32,000 bases of DNA from Marinagarivorans cellulosilyticus (GTDB lineage: Bacteria > Pseudomonadota > Gammaproteobacteria > Pseudomonadales > Cellvibrionaceae), in assembly GCF_021655555.1 (NCBI RefSeq), contig NZ_AP023086.1:1579182-1611181 (forward strand). The letters are read 5' to 3'. Shown one piece after another: positions 18,901-26,039 of the stretch. The notes under the pieces are model-generated. The model saw only the letters and a program-made list of their open reading frames with translations. It ran no database searches and was not told the origin of the DNA. Numbering within the stretch: the first letter of the stretch is position 1; the number at the start of each line of letters is the position of its first letter. Made by a program: the position numbers and the translations under genes.

Positions 18901-21359
18901 TCCTAAATCACATTGATCAATTTGACGCAGATTTTTTTGGAATATCCGAGAGCGATGCGCAATTGATGGACCCACAGCAAAGAATGTTTTTGCAGCTTGT
19001 TTGGCACACGATTGAAGACGCGGGCTACAGTGTCGAGTCCTTCGCTGGCAGTAAAACAGGGTTATATGCCGGCCTTTCTAACCGAGATTATTCAGAATAT
19101 CTTGCCAAGCAAGGTGTTGGGCTGAGTCCACAAATGAGCTTTGGAAACAATAATGCTTTCCTGGTGAATCGAATTTCCTATTTACTGGATTTTAATGGCC
19201 CCAGTGAAGCAGTTGATACACTTTGTTCAAGTTCACTGGTGGCTCTACAAAGAGCAGTTCTGGATATTCAAAACGGAATTTGTGATCAGGCCGTTGTTGG
19301 CGGAATTAGCTTGTTAGTGAGCCCAAGATTAAGCTCCGTATTTGAGCAAGCGAGTATGCTAAGTGAGGATGGGCGCTGTAAACCTTTTGATGAGCATGCC
19401 AATGGCTTTGTCAGGGGTGAAGGAGGCGGTGCCATATTTGTTAAGCCCTTGGATAAGGCGGTTAGCGATGGCGACAATATACTCGCCGTTATCAAGGGTA
19501 GCTTTGTGAATCATGGCGGTAGAGCAAACTCGTTGACGGCACCTAATCTAAAAATTCAAAAACAGCTTTTCCAAGATGCCTATAAACGCGCGAAAATTAA
19601 TCCAGCAACTGTATCCTTAATTGAAACGCATGGAACAGGAACAAAATTAGGTGACCCCATTGAAATAAAAGCAATGAAAAAAGCTTTTGAGGAGTGGGGC
19701 GTTACTGAAGGCGGCACAGAAAAGGCTTGTGCTCTCGGCGCACTTAAATCGAATATAGGCCATCTAGAGTCGGCATCGGGTATAGCAAGCTTGATCAAAG
19801 TTTTACTGTGTATGCGCCACAAAACACTACCAAAACAGATTCACCTTCAAAAAGAAAACCCCTACTTGGAATTGAGTAAAACGCCTTTTTACCTAGTGAC
19901 GGAGAATCAGCCTTGGGTAGCCAAAACAGGTGGAGATGGAACCGTACAGCCGAGGAGAGCAGGCGTTACATCTTTTGGTGCAGGTGGGGTTAATGCTCAT
20001 ATCATCCTCGAAGAATATCTGGAGGAGTATATAGCCCCTCAACATGTTGATAACAATCCCATAAATTTGACAGAAGACACGATTGTTCTGCTTACCTTAA
20101 GCGCAAAGACTGACAAAAGCTTACGTCATTATGCGGCGGATCTATTAGCTTACATAAACAATCATACGGTTGATTTGACTGAATTGGCGTACACCTTACA
20201 GCAAGGTAGGTCAAACCACGCAGTCAAACTATCCATTGAAGTTGCTAATATTATTGAGCTTAAAGCCGCCTTGGAACCCTTTATTTCAGGTGAGCACTCA
20301 AGTCGGATCAGTTATTCGAAAAATGGCGAAATCGTATATCTCGCTCAGTCGAGCAGTGACAAACTAACACTGATTAACAAAAAATGGCTGAGTGGTGAAG
20401 TTGTAGACTGGAGCACGCTATATATCGATCAGCGTGTCAAGCGCATTTCATTACCAGGTTATCCATTCTCGAATAAATCCTACTGGGTAGAAAAGAAATC
20501 GTTTAAGCCGACTGCCAATGTTAATTTTGATAAACAAAACTATACAGAAAATTTTATAAATAAAGACTTCAACCAAGGTGAGGCCTATTTGGCTGGGCAC
20601 AAAGTATTTGGCGACGAAGTGTTACTGGGCGTGACCTACCCGTCTATGGCTATTGAGTTTTCACGTAATAACTCCAACGGGGCCAATATTAACAGCGTAA
20701 AAAATGTCGTTTTTAACGAGCCTTTGGTACTCGAAAAAAATAACTCTGCTCGAGTTGTTGTGAGCTATACCGGTAAGGATAAAGGCATAGATTTTAAAAC
20801 CTACTTTCAGGTTAAGGGAAGCCACGAGACAAAATTATCATCGGTTGGGCGTTTAACAAGCGGGCAGCTAAGTAATGACGTGTTACCCATCAGTGCATTG
20901 ATGAACAAGATCGCCTCGGTACATCAGCAAAACGAAGTCTACAAACTCCTACGAGATCAGGGCGTTGACTATTCGGGTAGCTTGTTAACGCTTCATCGCG
21001 TACTGCTTGGCGAGAATGTCGCTATCGGGGAAATTGAGCTAAGGGATGATTTAATCAATAGCACCTCTGACTACCAATTACACCCAGTCTGGTTGGACAG
21101 TGCCATTGTGTGTGGCAAGTTTGCATTCCTAAAAGATCAGGATGCTTTATACATCCCATTTAGCATCGACCAAATAACCTTTAAAACTAAGCCGAGCAGA
21201 AAATCCTACTGCGTGGTTAAGAAGACTTTACTCAACGAGCAGATTTTGAAGTTCGATGTGTCCATTTGTGATCGTTGGGGAACGGTTTCGGTTGAAGCAA
21301 AAGGAATGTCCTGTAAGAGAGTTTTAAGCCAAGGCCAATGGAGTAAGAAAAACGCGTGA
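9969..21359 (+). CDS. Hybrid NRPS / trans-AT PKS megasynthase: F, C(C-terminal lobe only), A, PCP, KS, DH, KR, ACP, ACP, KS, DH-like
   Basis: The track ORF is 9957-21359 with a TTG start. The first ATG is 9969 and GTG 9963 is also possible. Domains were read from motifs; nt positions are approximate. F domain 9984-10800 (INYHDGPLPKYGG, VDEGRII). C-terminal half of a condensation domain 10930-11580, with no HHxxxDG. A domain 11648-13100 (YTSGSTGKPKG 12084-12116, NMYGPTETT, YRTGD, GRMDNQIKLNGYRIELGEIE, LNGKVDRK). PCP 13270-13500 (GFNSLG, Ser codon 13380-13382). KS1 13695-14990 (DTACSSS with Cys 14196-14198, EAHGSGT, SNVGH). Flank of about 180 aa without an AT. DH1 15540-16400. KR 16480-17830 (TGGTGAIG, IDD, YGYAN). 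ACP 17955-18185 (Ser 18063-18065). ACP 18310-18545 (Ser 18417-18419). KS2 18720-20020 (DTLCSSS with Cys 19224-19226, ETHGTGT, SNIGH). Flank. DH-like 20560-21330. Stop 21357-21359. Confidence 0.93.
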   Translation: MDHQKFSCLIIGGTSLLIECANKWIVNGHVIKLVVTDDNDVERWAKGHDIEVIRKGSSDYLDRVMGMNFDYLFSIVNLDILPKAIINAPAILAINYHDGPLPKYGGIHATSWAIANQEPSHGISWHEMLIGVDEGRIINQQVFDIEEGESAFTLNLKCFEYAIEGFDQLVSSIEAGSLELISQDLSERSYVGKYKRPKQLAVIDWNRPSKEIVSFVKALDFEHVENPLGIAKVHINNRFFQVKEAQSTGTRSSGRPGVVESIGPNYVEVSTTTESVKLRDFKTLCGQELDFNSITNELKEGADLNFYCFDNEQTIYEESAKREVFWVRKYQEAVKVTKKKSGLPKEPSYRASIPLTDYEMDALQNNSIAAVISLLGAFIAWSRRGQGFCVGLRCSESPVEGYFFDTHPLVMEDASGMSFEDIASKIELQLREITKNEHCPIDIFSRYSSLNSQSVKGNCYEYDFIVDVNESIDYDNDYVLDDQVRLNLSLENNEWNVIAGPKFDKDLLERFTKYYSLFSSSITTKPSAKREALSGLSLISGAQIAEIDGLNDTRVAMPNKSVCEIILDKASETPNAIAVISSSTEYSYQQLQDRVSEISGCLISLGIKSGDRIGILLNRSFDMVAAFIATMKVSAVYVPLDPIYPPDRLQHMIEDSGLKVLISVENILSKLENYNGSSLLLDKDMFGGTDDLAQFPGIEDSAYIIYTSGSTGKPKGVEINHKSLTNFILSMAEEPGLSKDDHLLSVTTVCFDIAALEIYLPLTQGATLELCTEMEAKDGFALLEKLEQGRITALQATPTTWEMLIAAGWEGKEKIKAMCGGEPLRRELALKLIPRCFELWNMYGPTETTIWSSIKLIKDADEITVGRPIANTTMYVLDESLKPVWPGEKGELFIGGAGVAVGYWNREELTKERFVSQSIFNRSPERLYRTGDAAKLSTHNEVVCLGRMDNQIKLNGYRIELGEIESTIESISGIEKCVVILFESMGESKLHAFLLMDDEGKQPKVSELSASIATKLPEYMVPSEYQFVSEFSLTLNGKVDRKELLKRLDDRPPKTTAKDNLDLPQSNSIAYKQLEQNLEDNKGSTGSEAELKQAACARSVTGALYDLLANDLENIVKELIHLDDIDRDLPFGQYGFNSLGFTRFSAEIRNRYNVRVSPATFYSHSNLNKLVDFLIDGKYSAEISEYYREVLVENYRDVEEPLYSGDQDSDAQKGSSQNSGVSAMPLEDTKDGKHINGSFNSREPIAVIGMSVKMPQADNLDEYWENLISRKDCVTHIPESRWDWKNTDFEQRSENPYKWGGFIPHAASFDASFFKISPREAELMDPQQRLFLQASYHAIEDAGYCPDELNGSDTGVYVGVVTSDYWDLIQREDISPDGYTISGNINCVIANRISYHFNFTGPSSVIDTACSSSLVALHRAVQAMRSGECSQAVVGGVNIIASPYIHHSFSKNGMLSKDGRCMSFDHRANGYVRSEGIAAVILKPLSAAERDGDKIYGTILGTAENHGGKANSLSAPSGEAQSQLIQKAIKNANVDPNTISYIEAHGSGTPLGDPIEIAGIQNAYESLGVDSDHQDEICGIGSVKSNVGHLEAVAGLAGLVKVLLSLKNEVIPGMPNYEAKNPHIDLNENLFQFVSRPREWKRKSGVGNGAGRRAGVSSFGFGGVNAHVIVEEYQARDESQSGNRANALLISAPNKDKLERLVQQYLVHTLSDGGNTWEEICYTSQVGRQHFDERLIVCAASKQQAKNALEKHVDRWGSANEVLSGNVREQKEILDKLFSNIGNTSIVKTLIEQKQFNSIAQFWLAGSEVNWRALYEAAKIKRASLPLHPFAQTTFWLPNKSTHLFEAELQNAIRENSHLDHPFYDSLAASCGNLIFSLDPKDPIVGDHIVDSKVIFPAVGYLEFARLAGDQFNRENLNLPVVKLKNNVWFHALDVGFHESNKKLSIRLENRKSKVVYTIESMSELSSGQVHARGEIEYGEKPSGLVVTIDINDIRKRCNLKLERKAVYDLFSQLKFEYKTGYMPLEEVYLNDKEALSRITLPEKFENKESIVLHPSLLEGGIQTVIGILSHPSHDSSSAYLPFSMSSITINEKLSSECYIHAKLVSDELSERRGVRTFDIDIYDISGTLLVKIEGYSLKTLNALADNGNQTSPSASNVFHCFKKTWAQEPLSPIEGFHFETILLFSNEQESVDLIQAHIGTDIRVIQVMEGDRFTELSPSKFVSKGDKESLSILLEQIGEPLDAIIYGWGHERGATDESNVNEHIEQTIIPLFNLCSILSNPIYKGINLRLLCLAHIDHGEINPVQMGMGGLLRSLYQETRALKGSLVCLEALSENNVKPLIAEIAADQCYSEIKIQDGSRQVLNYKAKSVPVFIEENKFPVKPHAIYLVTGGTGAIGRKIIEHLHSIAGAKFIVIGRRPLSSDVKLAWNNKGVNYQYHSADLNRFDQIQSIIQGLGVDASKIKGVIHCAGSIDDGLLSKKSSDQIYSVIQAKAVGLYTLDILTKNIQLDFFCCFSSISSVMGNMGQTDYGYANAVIDQFVENRSQQFEKGERSGVSLSINWPLWLDGGMQADEVATNYFKKSTGIHPITTETGMSMLAYAVNKESGQVILSAGDDKKILGAMSLRSSIQNKSKHKPKSEVLLKSVKAPLSCASAMDQSKANLSQTVVEELITISEGILKVDSGSITQDTRLADAGFDSISNTELTTAINDLYSVDVTPIIFFEYETLGEVTEFLLKEYRDSIVEHCGEQPSAVDNIILEATDSEQIGASAHSLRENGEALKDLVIDELKSLSAAILKIGKEQISADEKMADLGFDSISNTELSTAINDVFDVDMTPVVFFECDTLAEVSEHLIDEYSESLERYADEKGLSQQVEHSEKVSTPIIASEKESLSSSEAPSPEASRQDGNVASKNITTSDIAIVGMQAALPGSNGLDDFWEKLLSGTDFVGEIPENRWSWQEVYGEAGPEGKTRSKWGAFLNHIDQFDADFFGISESDAQLMDPQQRMFLQLVWHTIEDAGYSVESFAGSKTGLYAGLSNRDYSEYLAKQGVGLSPQMSFGNNNAFLVNRISYLLDFNGPSEAVDTLCSSSLVALQRAVLDIQNGICDQAVVGGISLLVSPRLSSVFEQASMLSEDGRCKPFDEHANGFVRGEGGGAIFVKPLDKAVSDGDNILAVIKGSFVNHGGRANSLTAPNLKIQKQLFQDAYKRAKINPATVSLIETHGTGTKLGDPIEIKAMKKAFEEWGVTEGGTEKACALGALKSNIGHLESASGIASLIKVLLCMRHKTLPKQIHLQKENPYLELSKTPFYLVTENQPWVAKTGGDGTVQPRRAGVTSFGAGGVNAHIILEEYLEEYIAPQHVDNNPINLTEDTIVLLTLSAKTDKSLRHYAADLLAYINNHTVDLTELAYTLQQGRSNHAVKLSIEVANIIELKAALEPFISGEHSSRISYSKNGEIVYLAQSSSDKLTLINKKWLSGEVVDWSTLYIDQRVKRISLPGYPFSNKSYWVEKKSFKPTANVNFDKQNYTENFINKDFNQGEAYLAGHKVFGDEVLLGVTYPSMAIEFSRNNSNGANINSVKNVVFNEPLVLEKNNSARVVVSYTGKDKGIDFKTYFQVKGSHETKLSSVGRLTSGQLSNDVLPISALMNKIASVHQQNEVYKLLRDQGVDYSGSLLTLHRVLLGENVAIGEIELRDDLINSTSDYQLHPVWLDSAIVCGKFAFLKDQDALYIPFSIDQITFKTKPSRKSYCVVKKTLLNEQILKFDVSICDRWGTVSVEAKGMSCKRVLSQGQWSKKNA

Positions 21360-21360
21360 T

Positions 21361-21563
21361 TACCTTAGGGGCATCTCTAAAAATGCACTTTTTCCGCGAT
21401 AGCGGCTTACAGTTTTTTGCTCCTGCAAAACCTGTATTCAGTCCATCCATGGACATTAGCTCCGTCCTCGAGTCCTCATTTACACCACGTAAACTGCGGC
21501 TCTCCGGGCGGTGCTTCCTTGCTCTCACAAAAAAATTACTATTTTTAGAGGTGCCCTTAGGTA
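21361..21563. mobile_element. MITE-like non-autonomous element (about 203 bp, imperfect terminal inverted repeats)
   Basis: The left end is taccttaggggcatctctaaaaat (21361-21384). The right end atttttagaggtgcccttaggta (21541-21563) has reverse complement tacctaagggcacctctaaaaat, which matches the left end at about 20 of 24 positions with one indel. No credible coding capacity. It is bounded by TA on both sides. Its right end recurs at 8994-9043. Confidence 0.65.
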
Positions 21564-21601
21564 TGACCAAATCAATAGCCAGAAATCAGGGGGATTAATA
21601 G

Positions 21602-24600
21602 GTGTCAAAGTACTTTAAAGCAATAGACCGGTATGCCGTAGGGCATGCCAACATGATGATTAAATACCGATTTATAGTGGTAGCAATTTGTATTGCTGTG
21701 GCAATGGGAATTGCCTATGGCGGTAAGTTTTTGAATTTCTCCTCCGATTACCGAGTGTTCTTCTCGGGAAGCAATCCGGAGCTTAATACTTTCGAAAGCT
21801 TCCAAAAAACCTACACAAAGAACGATAACTTTTTCTTTGTCCTAGAGCCAAAAGACGGAAACGTATTTACCAATCAAACCCTGCGTGCAGTCGAAAAACT
21901 AACAGAACAATCTTGGCACATTCCGTTTGTTAATCGTGTTGATTCGCTTAGTAATTTCCAAAATTCTTACAACGTCGGTGACGATCTTGTTGTAGAAGAT
22001 TTGATATATCAAGCGGAGGGCCTTTCCGGGAGCGCGATTAGAAAAATTCGTGAAACAGCACTCAACGAACCGTTACTGGCAGATTTGCTAATCACTAAAA
22101 GTGGTGATGCAACGGGCATCAATGTTGTCTTGCAGTATCCAGGGAACAGCCTGTACGAGGTACCTACAGCGGCAGCAAAGGCACGAGAGCTTAAGGCTGC
22201 CATAGAAACAGAATTCCCAGATATTGATGTGTCACTAACTGGGTTTTCAATGTTGAATAATGCGTTTGCTGAAGCGGGCTACTTGGATTCTATTAAGCTA
22301 GTACCGGTGATGTATGCGGTACTTACATTTATTACTTTGGTTGCACTTAGGTCATTTTTAGCGACTTTTGTCGTGGTGGGCATTGTGTATTTATCCATGG
22401 GCGTTGGAATGGGAGCGGGTGGCTTTGGTGGAGTACTCCTTACGCCAATTTCTAACTCTGCACCAATCGTAATTTTAACGCTGGCTATCGCAGATTGCGT
22501 CCATATATTTATGACAATCAATATGGCAATGAAGAGAGGGCTATCAAGAAACGAAGCAATTGTAGAGTCAATTAGATCAAACCTAATGCCTGTTACTATT
22601 ACTTCGCTAACAACCATTGTTGGTTTTATGGCGTTAAACTTTTCAGATGCACCACCTTATTGGCATTTGGGCAATATGGCCTCTGCCGGTATAGCCGCTG
22701 CATGGATACTGTCGTTGACTTTATTGCCTGCGGCTATCTCCATATTACCTTATCGTGTGAAGAAAAAATCTAAGGCAGCGTTATCTGAGGTATATATTAC
22801 AAAATTCTCGAAATTTGTATCGTCTAACCCTAAGACCCTTGTATCAACTTGCGTGTTAGCTTGTTTAGCGTCATTGGCATTTGTTCCATCCATTGACCTA
22901 GATGACCAATGGTCCGACTATTTTTCGAAGGAAATTGAGTTTAGAAATGATACCGATCAAGCAACGACCAAATTTGGCTTATACCCCATCGAATACTCAG
23001 TACCTGCTAGCGGGCCTGGTGGTATTAGTAATCGAGAGTATTTAACGAAGCTAGAAGAGTTCACCTCGTATTTGCGTGGCCTCGATAATGTGGCTCACGT
23101 CTACTCTGTCACCGATATCATTAAGCGTCTCAATAAAAACATTAATAATGATAAGGACGAGTTTTACAAAATTCCCCAGGTCGATAATGAAGCCGCTCAA
23201 TACCTTCTTCTTTATGAGCTATCTCTTCCGTACGGCTTAGATTTAAATGATCGTATAAATATTGATAAATCCGCGACTCGCGTGACGGTAACTTTAGGTA
23301 AAACATCAACCTCTGAGACAAAGGTCTTCCTGAATACGGCGGACGAATGGATTGCTAAAAATTTCCCTGCATATATGAAAGAAACAAGGCCGACGAGTGC
23401 TCAGGTTATGTTTACTTACATTGCTGACCGAAATGTCCAGAGCATGATAGCGGGAACAATCATTGCCATCGTACTAATCTCGATTATTCTTATTTTTGCT
23501 TTAAGAAGTGTGCGCTTGGGTTTACTCAGTCTCGTACCCAATGCATTACCTATTATCACTGCCTTTGGGGTATGGGGCGTTCTTGTTGGTACGGTGGGCT
23601 TTTCAGTAGCCGCTGTGGCAGCAATTTCATTAGGTATTGTGGTGGATGATACTGTTCACTTCCTAACGAAATACGAAACCGCGCGAAGAGAAAAGGGATT
23701 ATCACCGGCAGAGTCCGTCGAATATTCATTTCAAAATGTAGGTTTGGCCATAGTTATCAATACTTTCATATTAGTTATTGGGTTCTTGGTAATGGCCAGC
23801 TCCTCCTTCAAGATCAATTCCGATCTAGGATATTTGACAGTAATTACTATCGTCGCGGCTCTAATTCTTGATTTTCTATTATTACCCTCACTTTTATTAT
23901 TGCTCGATAAAAAGAAGGAGCCAGCAATGGACGAAAAGACTGTTTCAGGTACCGTTTCTCCGGGAATTTCTATTTCTACTACTGTCGGCGCCACGTTGCT
24001 CTTTATTGCCGTCATAGGCGCCTCGGTAAGTGTGCCCGTAATCGCGCAAGCGAATGAAGACAAGGGCTATCGAATTTCTGCTATGTCGGATCGAAGTGAT
24101 AGGGGTTTTATTAGTAGCGATGTCTCTTTGCAGATGGTTCTTCACAATAGTACTGGCAACAAGGCAACGAGAGACCTACAAATAAAAACTTTGGAAGTAA
24201 TAGACGAAAACCTAGGTGATAAAAGTATCGTTATCTTTAGCGAGCCAAATGATATTGCCGGCACCGCTTTGTTATCTCACGCGAAAATACTCGATGCGGA
24301 CGATCAGTGGTTATACCTGCCGACCCTTAAGCGTGTTAAGAGAATTTCGTCAAAGAACAAATCTGGGCCTTTTGTGGGTTCAGAGTTTGCCTTTGAGGAT
24401 TTCACAGCGTTAGAACTCAATAAATATTCTCACGAATGGGTGGAGGAGCAAGCCTGCGCAGAGCTCAAGTGTGATGTCATCAAGCGCATTCCTCAATATG
24501 AATTTTCCGGCTACAAGCATCTTCTTGTGTGGATTGATCAGAATGATCATCAGGTGAGAAAAGTTGAGTTTTACGACCGAAAAGGAGACTTGCTTAAGAC

Positions 24601-24772
24601 TCTAAATCTAGAAGACTACCGCAAGTACGGGAGTTACTGGCGGGCACATGCGCTTCATATGATAAATCATCAAACGAATAAGAAAACCGATCTCATTTAT
24701 GGTGACTATGCATTTAGCACAGATTTGAGTGCTCGAGATTTCGAGAAGGGTAGGTTGAAGCAGATCCGGTAG
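21602..24772 (+). CDS. RND-superfamily (MMPL / COG1033-type) exporter permease fused in frame to a LolA-like outer-membrane lipoprotein-sorting domain
   Basis: GTG start 21602 with AGGGGGA 7 nt upstream. The N-terminus IDRYAVGHANMMIKYRFIVVAICIAVAMG and the following DYRVFFSGSNPEL are typical of this exporter family. There are two pseudo-repeated TM bundles (...PIVILTLAIADCVHIF... and ...ISLGIVVDDTVHFL...), each following a large periplasmic loop. From about aa 776: MDEKTVSGTVSPGISISTTVGATLLFIAVIGASVSVPVIAQA, then a soluble domain of about 240 aa (DDQWLYLPTLKRVKRISSKNKSGPFVGSEFAFEDF...) matching the LolA-like sorting-protein family as I recall it. Confidence 0.85.
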   Translation: MSKYFKAIDRYAVGHANMMIKYRFIVVAICIAVAMGIAYGGKFLNFSSDYRVFFSGSNPELNTFESFQKTYTKNDNFFFVLEPKDGNVFTNQTLRAVEKLTEQSWHIPFVNRVDSLSNFQNSYNVGDDLVVEDLIYQAEGLSGSAIRKIRETALNEPLLADLLITKSGDATGINVVLQYPGNSLYEVPTAAAKARELKAAIETEFPDIDVSLTGFSMLNNAFAEAGYLDSIKLVPVMYAVLTFITLVALRSFLATFVVVGIVYLSMGVGMGAGGFGGVLLTPISNSAPIVILTLAIADCVHIFMTINMAMKRGLSRNEAIVESIRSNLMPVTITSLTTIVGFMALNFSDAPPYWHLGNMASAGIAAAWILSLTLLPAAISILPYRVKKKSKAALSEVYITKFSKFVSSNPKTLVSTCVLACLASLAFVPSIDLDDQWSDYFSKEIEFRNDTDQATTKFGLYPIEYSVPASGPGGISNREYLTKLEEFTSYLRGLDNVAHVYSVTDIIKRLNKNINNDKDEFYKIPQVDNEAAQYLLLYELSLPYGLDLNDRINIDKSATRVTVTLGKTSTSETKVFLNTADEWIAKNFPAYMKETRPTSAQVMFTYIADRNVQSMIAGTIIAIVLISIILIFALRSVRLGLLSLVPNALPIITAFGVWGVLVGTVGFSVAAVAAISLGIVVDDTVHFLTKYETARREKGLSPAESVEYSFQNVGLAIVINTFILVIGFLVMASSSFKINSDLGYLTVITIVAALILDFLLLPSLLLLLDKKKEPAMDEKTVSGTVSPGISISTTVGATLLFIAVIGASVSVPVIAQANEDKGYRISAMSDRSDRGFISSDVSLQMVLHNSTGNKATRDLQIKTLEVIDENLGDKSIVIFSEPNDIAGTALLSHAKILDADDQWLYLPTLKRVKRISSKNKSGPFVGSEFAFEDFTALELNKYSHEWVEEQACAELKCDVIKRIPQYEFSGYKHLLVWIDQNDHQVRKVEFYDRKGDLLKTLNLEDYRKYGSYWRAHALHMINHQTNKKTDLIYGDYAFSTDLSARDFEKGRLKQIR

Positions 24773-24777
24773 TTTTA

Positions 24778-25962
24778 ATGCAAATGTATCAGAGAAATTT
24801 GGCGAGATTAACACTGTGCGTAGCTTCTCTTTTTACTGTTGAGGTTTACGCTGATGATCTAAGTCTCGGTGGAAGTGTGGGGTTCGAGCATCGACACTTT
24901 TTCGAATCTCCACAATACGAGGAGCAATCTAAAAGTGTAAGTACTGAGGTTGTATTTGAACCGGAACTGGCTTTTAGCTTAGGCAGGAACAACCAGTTTT
25001 CTTTCAAAGGGTTTGTTCGCGAAAACAGTGAGGACGAACAAAGAAATCACAGTGATATTCGTGAGCTTTATTGGAATTATCAGGGTGATTTATTCGATCT
25101 GACTGTTGGGGTGAACAAGATCCATTGGGGTGTTGTTGAGTCGCTAAATGTTGTGAATATTATTAATCAGATTGACTATGTGGAAGACATCTCCTTGGAT
25201 GAAAGGTTGGGCCAGCCAATGCTTGGAATAAGCGCCACAAATGACTGGGGCACTATCTCGGCATATTGGTTAACTCACTTTAGGGAGAGAACATTTCCTG
25301 GCGAGAAAGGGCATTTCAGACTTTCTCTACCAGTAGATGTGAATAATGCAGAATATTCTGGCGTTGAAAAGAATGACCATAAAGACCATGCGCTTCGGTA
25401 TTCTCATTATTTTGGAGATCTTGATGTGGGACTCCACTGGTTTAATGGAATCGACAGAAGCCCAGAATTCCGGGTAGATGCGGATCGATTAATTCCTGTC
25501 TACAGTCATTTAGAGCAGTTTGGTTATGATTTTCAATACACCTTTGATGCTTGGTTACTAAAAGCTGAGGGCGTTTATAAGACAAAGAGTCAAGAGAGTT
25601 CCTATTCGTTAGTGACTGGCCTGGAATATACCATTTTTCAGTTTTTTGGGGGCACGGGTGATCTCGGTTTTTTATTTGAGTACCTCTACGACAGCCGAGA
25701 AGCCGTTGATCCTCTTTTCGAGAACGATGCGTTTATCGGCCTTCGATACGTTATGAATAATGTTCAGGATACAACCTATTTAATTGGTGCGATAAGGGAC
25801 TCCAAAACCAGTGAAACTGTCGTTAACCTAGAATTCACCACAAGAGTTGGCTCCCAATTTTTACTGGAAGTTAATGGTATTTATTTTGATAACGCGGAAT
25901 ATTCGTTTCAAAGTTTTGCGAAAGATAGCAGTGTGTCTTTAAACCTAAGTTGGCACTTTTGA
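24778..25962 (+). CDS. Outer-membrane beta-barrel (porin-like) protein
   Basis: The signal peptide is MQMYQRNLARLTLCVASLFTVEVYA|DD. Amphipathic strands alternate, aromatic residues are abundant, and the C-terminus is ...SLNLSWHF, ending in Phe. The start is 6 nt after the stop of the exporter gene. The family is not assigned. Confidence 0.7.
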   Translation: MQMYQRNLARLTLCVASLFTVEVYADDLSLGGSVGFEHRHFFESPQYEEQSKSVSTEVVFEPELAFSLGRNNQFSFKGFVRENSEDEQRNHSDIRELYWNYQGDLFDLTVGVNKIHWGVVESLNVVNIINQIDYVEDISLDERLGQPMLGISATNDWGTISAYWLTHFRERTFPGEKGHFRLSLPVDVNNAEYSGVEKNDHKDHALRYSHYFGDLDVGLHWFNGIDRSPEFRVDADRLIPVYSHLEQFGYDFQYTFDAWLLKAEGVYKTKSQESSYSLVTGLEYTIFQFFGGTGDLGFLFEYLYDSREAVDPLFENDAFIGLRYVMNNVQDTTYLIGAIRDSKTSETVVNLEFTTRVGSQFLLEVNGIYFDNAEYSFQSFAKDSSVSLNLSWHF

Positions 25963-26039
25963 ATGATCATCTTTGATTAAGCAGGGTACAACCTAGTAAT
26001 AGCAATTAATTTAGTCTTTAACTAATGCAGGATTATGTT

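Noticed and set aside
10242-19822. About 20 short track ORFs on both strands inside the 11.4-kb megasynthase gene
   Set aside because: All are embedded in or antisense to a continuous, motif-rich 3800-aa ORF. This is the typical shadow-ORF pattern.
21232-21598. Track ORFs 21232-21570 (-) and 21356-21598 (+)
   Set aside because: They span the MITE-like element and the gene junction. They have no RBS, and their composition is dictated by the inverted-repeat element.
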